64,000 nt of DNA, from NCBI RefSeq assembly GCF_964204645.1, contig NC_134034.1, positions 496,001-560,000 of the forward strand, in the 5' to 3' direction. The notes under the pieces are model-generated. The model was not told the DNA's origin. It searched no databases and saw only the letters and a list, made by a program, of their open reading frames with translations. Position numbers and translations under genes: made by a program. Positions 63,271 through 64,000 of the stretch are shown here, in pieces. The stretch comes from Tubulanus polymorphus (lineage: Eukaryota; Animalia; Nemertea). How positions within the stretch are numbered: position 1 is the stretch's first letter; the number at the start of each line of letters is the position of its first letter.

Positions 63271-64000
63271 GTATTTGATTTTCATGAGGAGTGAGTGTTT
63301 GGGCGTGAGGAGGGTTTGGAAACTAATGCTAGTACAATCATTAATTTAACCTCTCCGCAGCAGGGGGCAGCACCCGTCCTCGGTAGTTTCCTATCCCCGG
63401 CTTTTTGTAACGAGGAATAAAACTTTTTAAAAATTTCTCTGGTGACAAATTCAGCTATTTTCAATTGCATGATCAGAACTTAAGTTAGTTACCTGCAGGA
63501 TGTGAGTTAGGCCTAACTCTGAAAATGAATTGGTTTTAATTCAGAGTTAACTCTAACTCACAACCGTGGAACTGGTACCAGATTGTTGGTGGTAAGCTTT
63601 TACAAACGGATGTGTTTTATACTAATGTGGTTTCTGAAAATATCCGATTGTGAAACTAAACCACAGACAGGTAACTGACTAGAACCACCACAGACAGGTA
63701 ACTGACTAGGTCTGAATGAAACCCTCTTGAACATATGCACTGCAGCTCAGGATCCACACATCCAGTAAAGTAAAAATTTGAAATAGAATTCATCTCTAAG
63801 CCGTATAGTTCAGCTCGGTATAAATTTTATTTTTTCTCTTTTTCGCAGTAACATCTTTTTCACTTTAGTTTTGTAGAAATTTAAAGTAAAGTTTATAGGG
63901 CGTGCATCTAACCATCTGTTGTATCCATCAGTTCCACAGTTCTGATATATGACGATAGTTATTCCGTTTTCTTATAAAGCGCGAACCCCTACAAATTATA

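Overview
Gene-dense, intron-rich animal genomic DNA, most likely from a spiralian/lophotrochozoan invertebrate (inferred from a SPILE-type TALE homeobox gene). All gene models were assembled by eye from GT-AG junctions and remembered protein motifs; no searches were run. In order: 3' part of PPIP5K (+), GARS1 (-) head-to-head with OSGEPL1 (+), a piggyBac-derived ORF inside OSGEPL1 intron 4, a convergent pair of small secreted Cys-rich genes (a three-finger/Ly6 protein and a CxxxC-rich protein), MMADHC (+), a TMEM106 gene with two duplicated first coding exons whose introns host a SATB-type CUT-homeobox gene (+) and a TALE homeobox gene (-), a cytochrome b561 (+) and MPLKIP (-). Introns and spacers are full of minisatellites and MITE-like palindromes. 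The most notable items are: (1) an intact piggyBac ORF that has lost two of three catalytic Asp and gained about 17 in-frame Pro/Glu repeats, which suggests domestication; (2) the TMEM106 locus with nested homeobox genes and a phase-compatible route to a TMEM106-N/CUT-homeodomain chimera; (3) the secreted toxin-like pair; (4) tandem arrays of decoy splice acceptors in two genes; (5) a tRNA-like element family ending in TTAGGG repeats.
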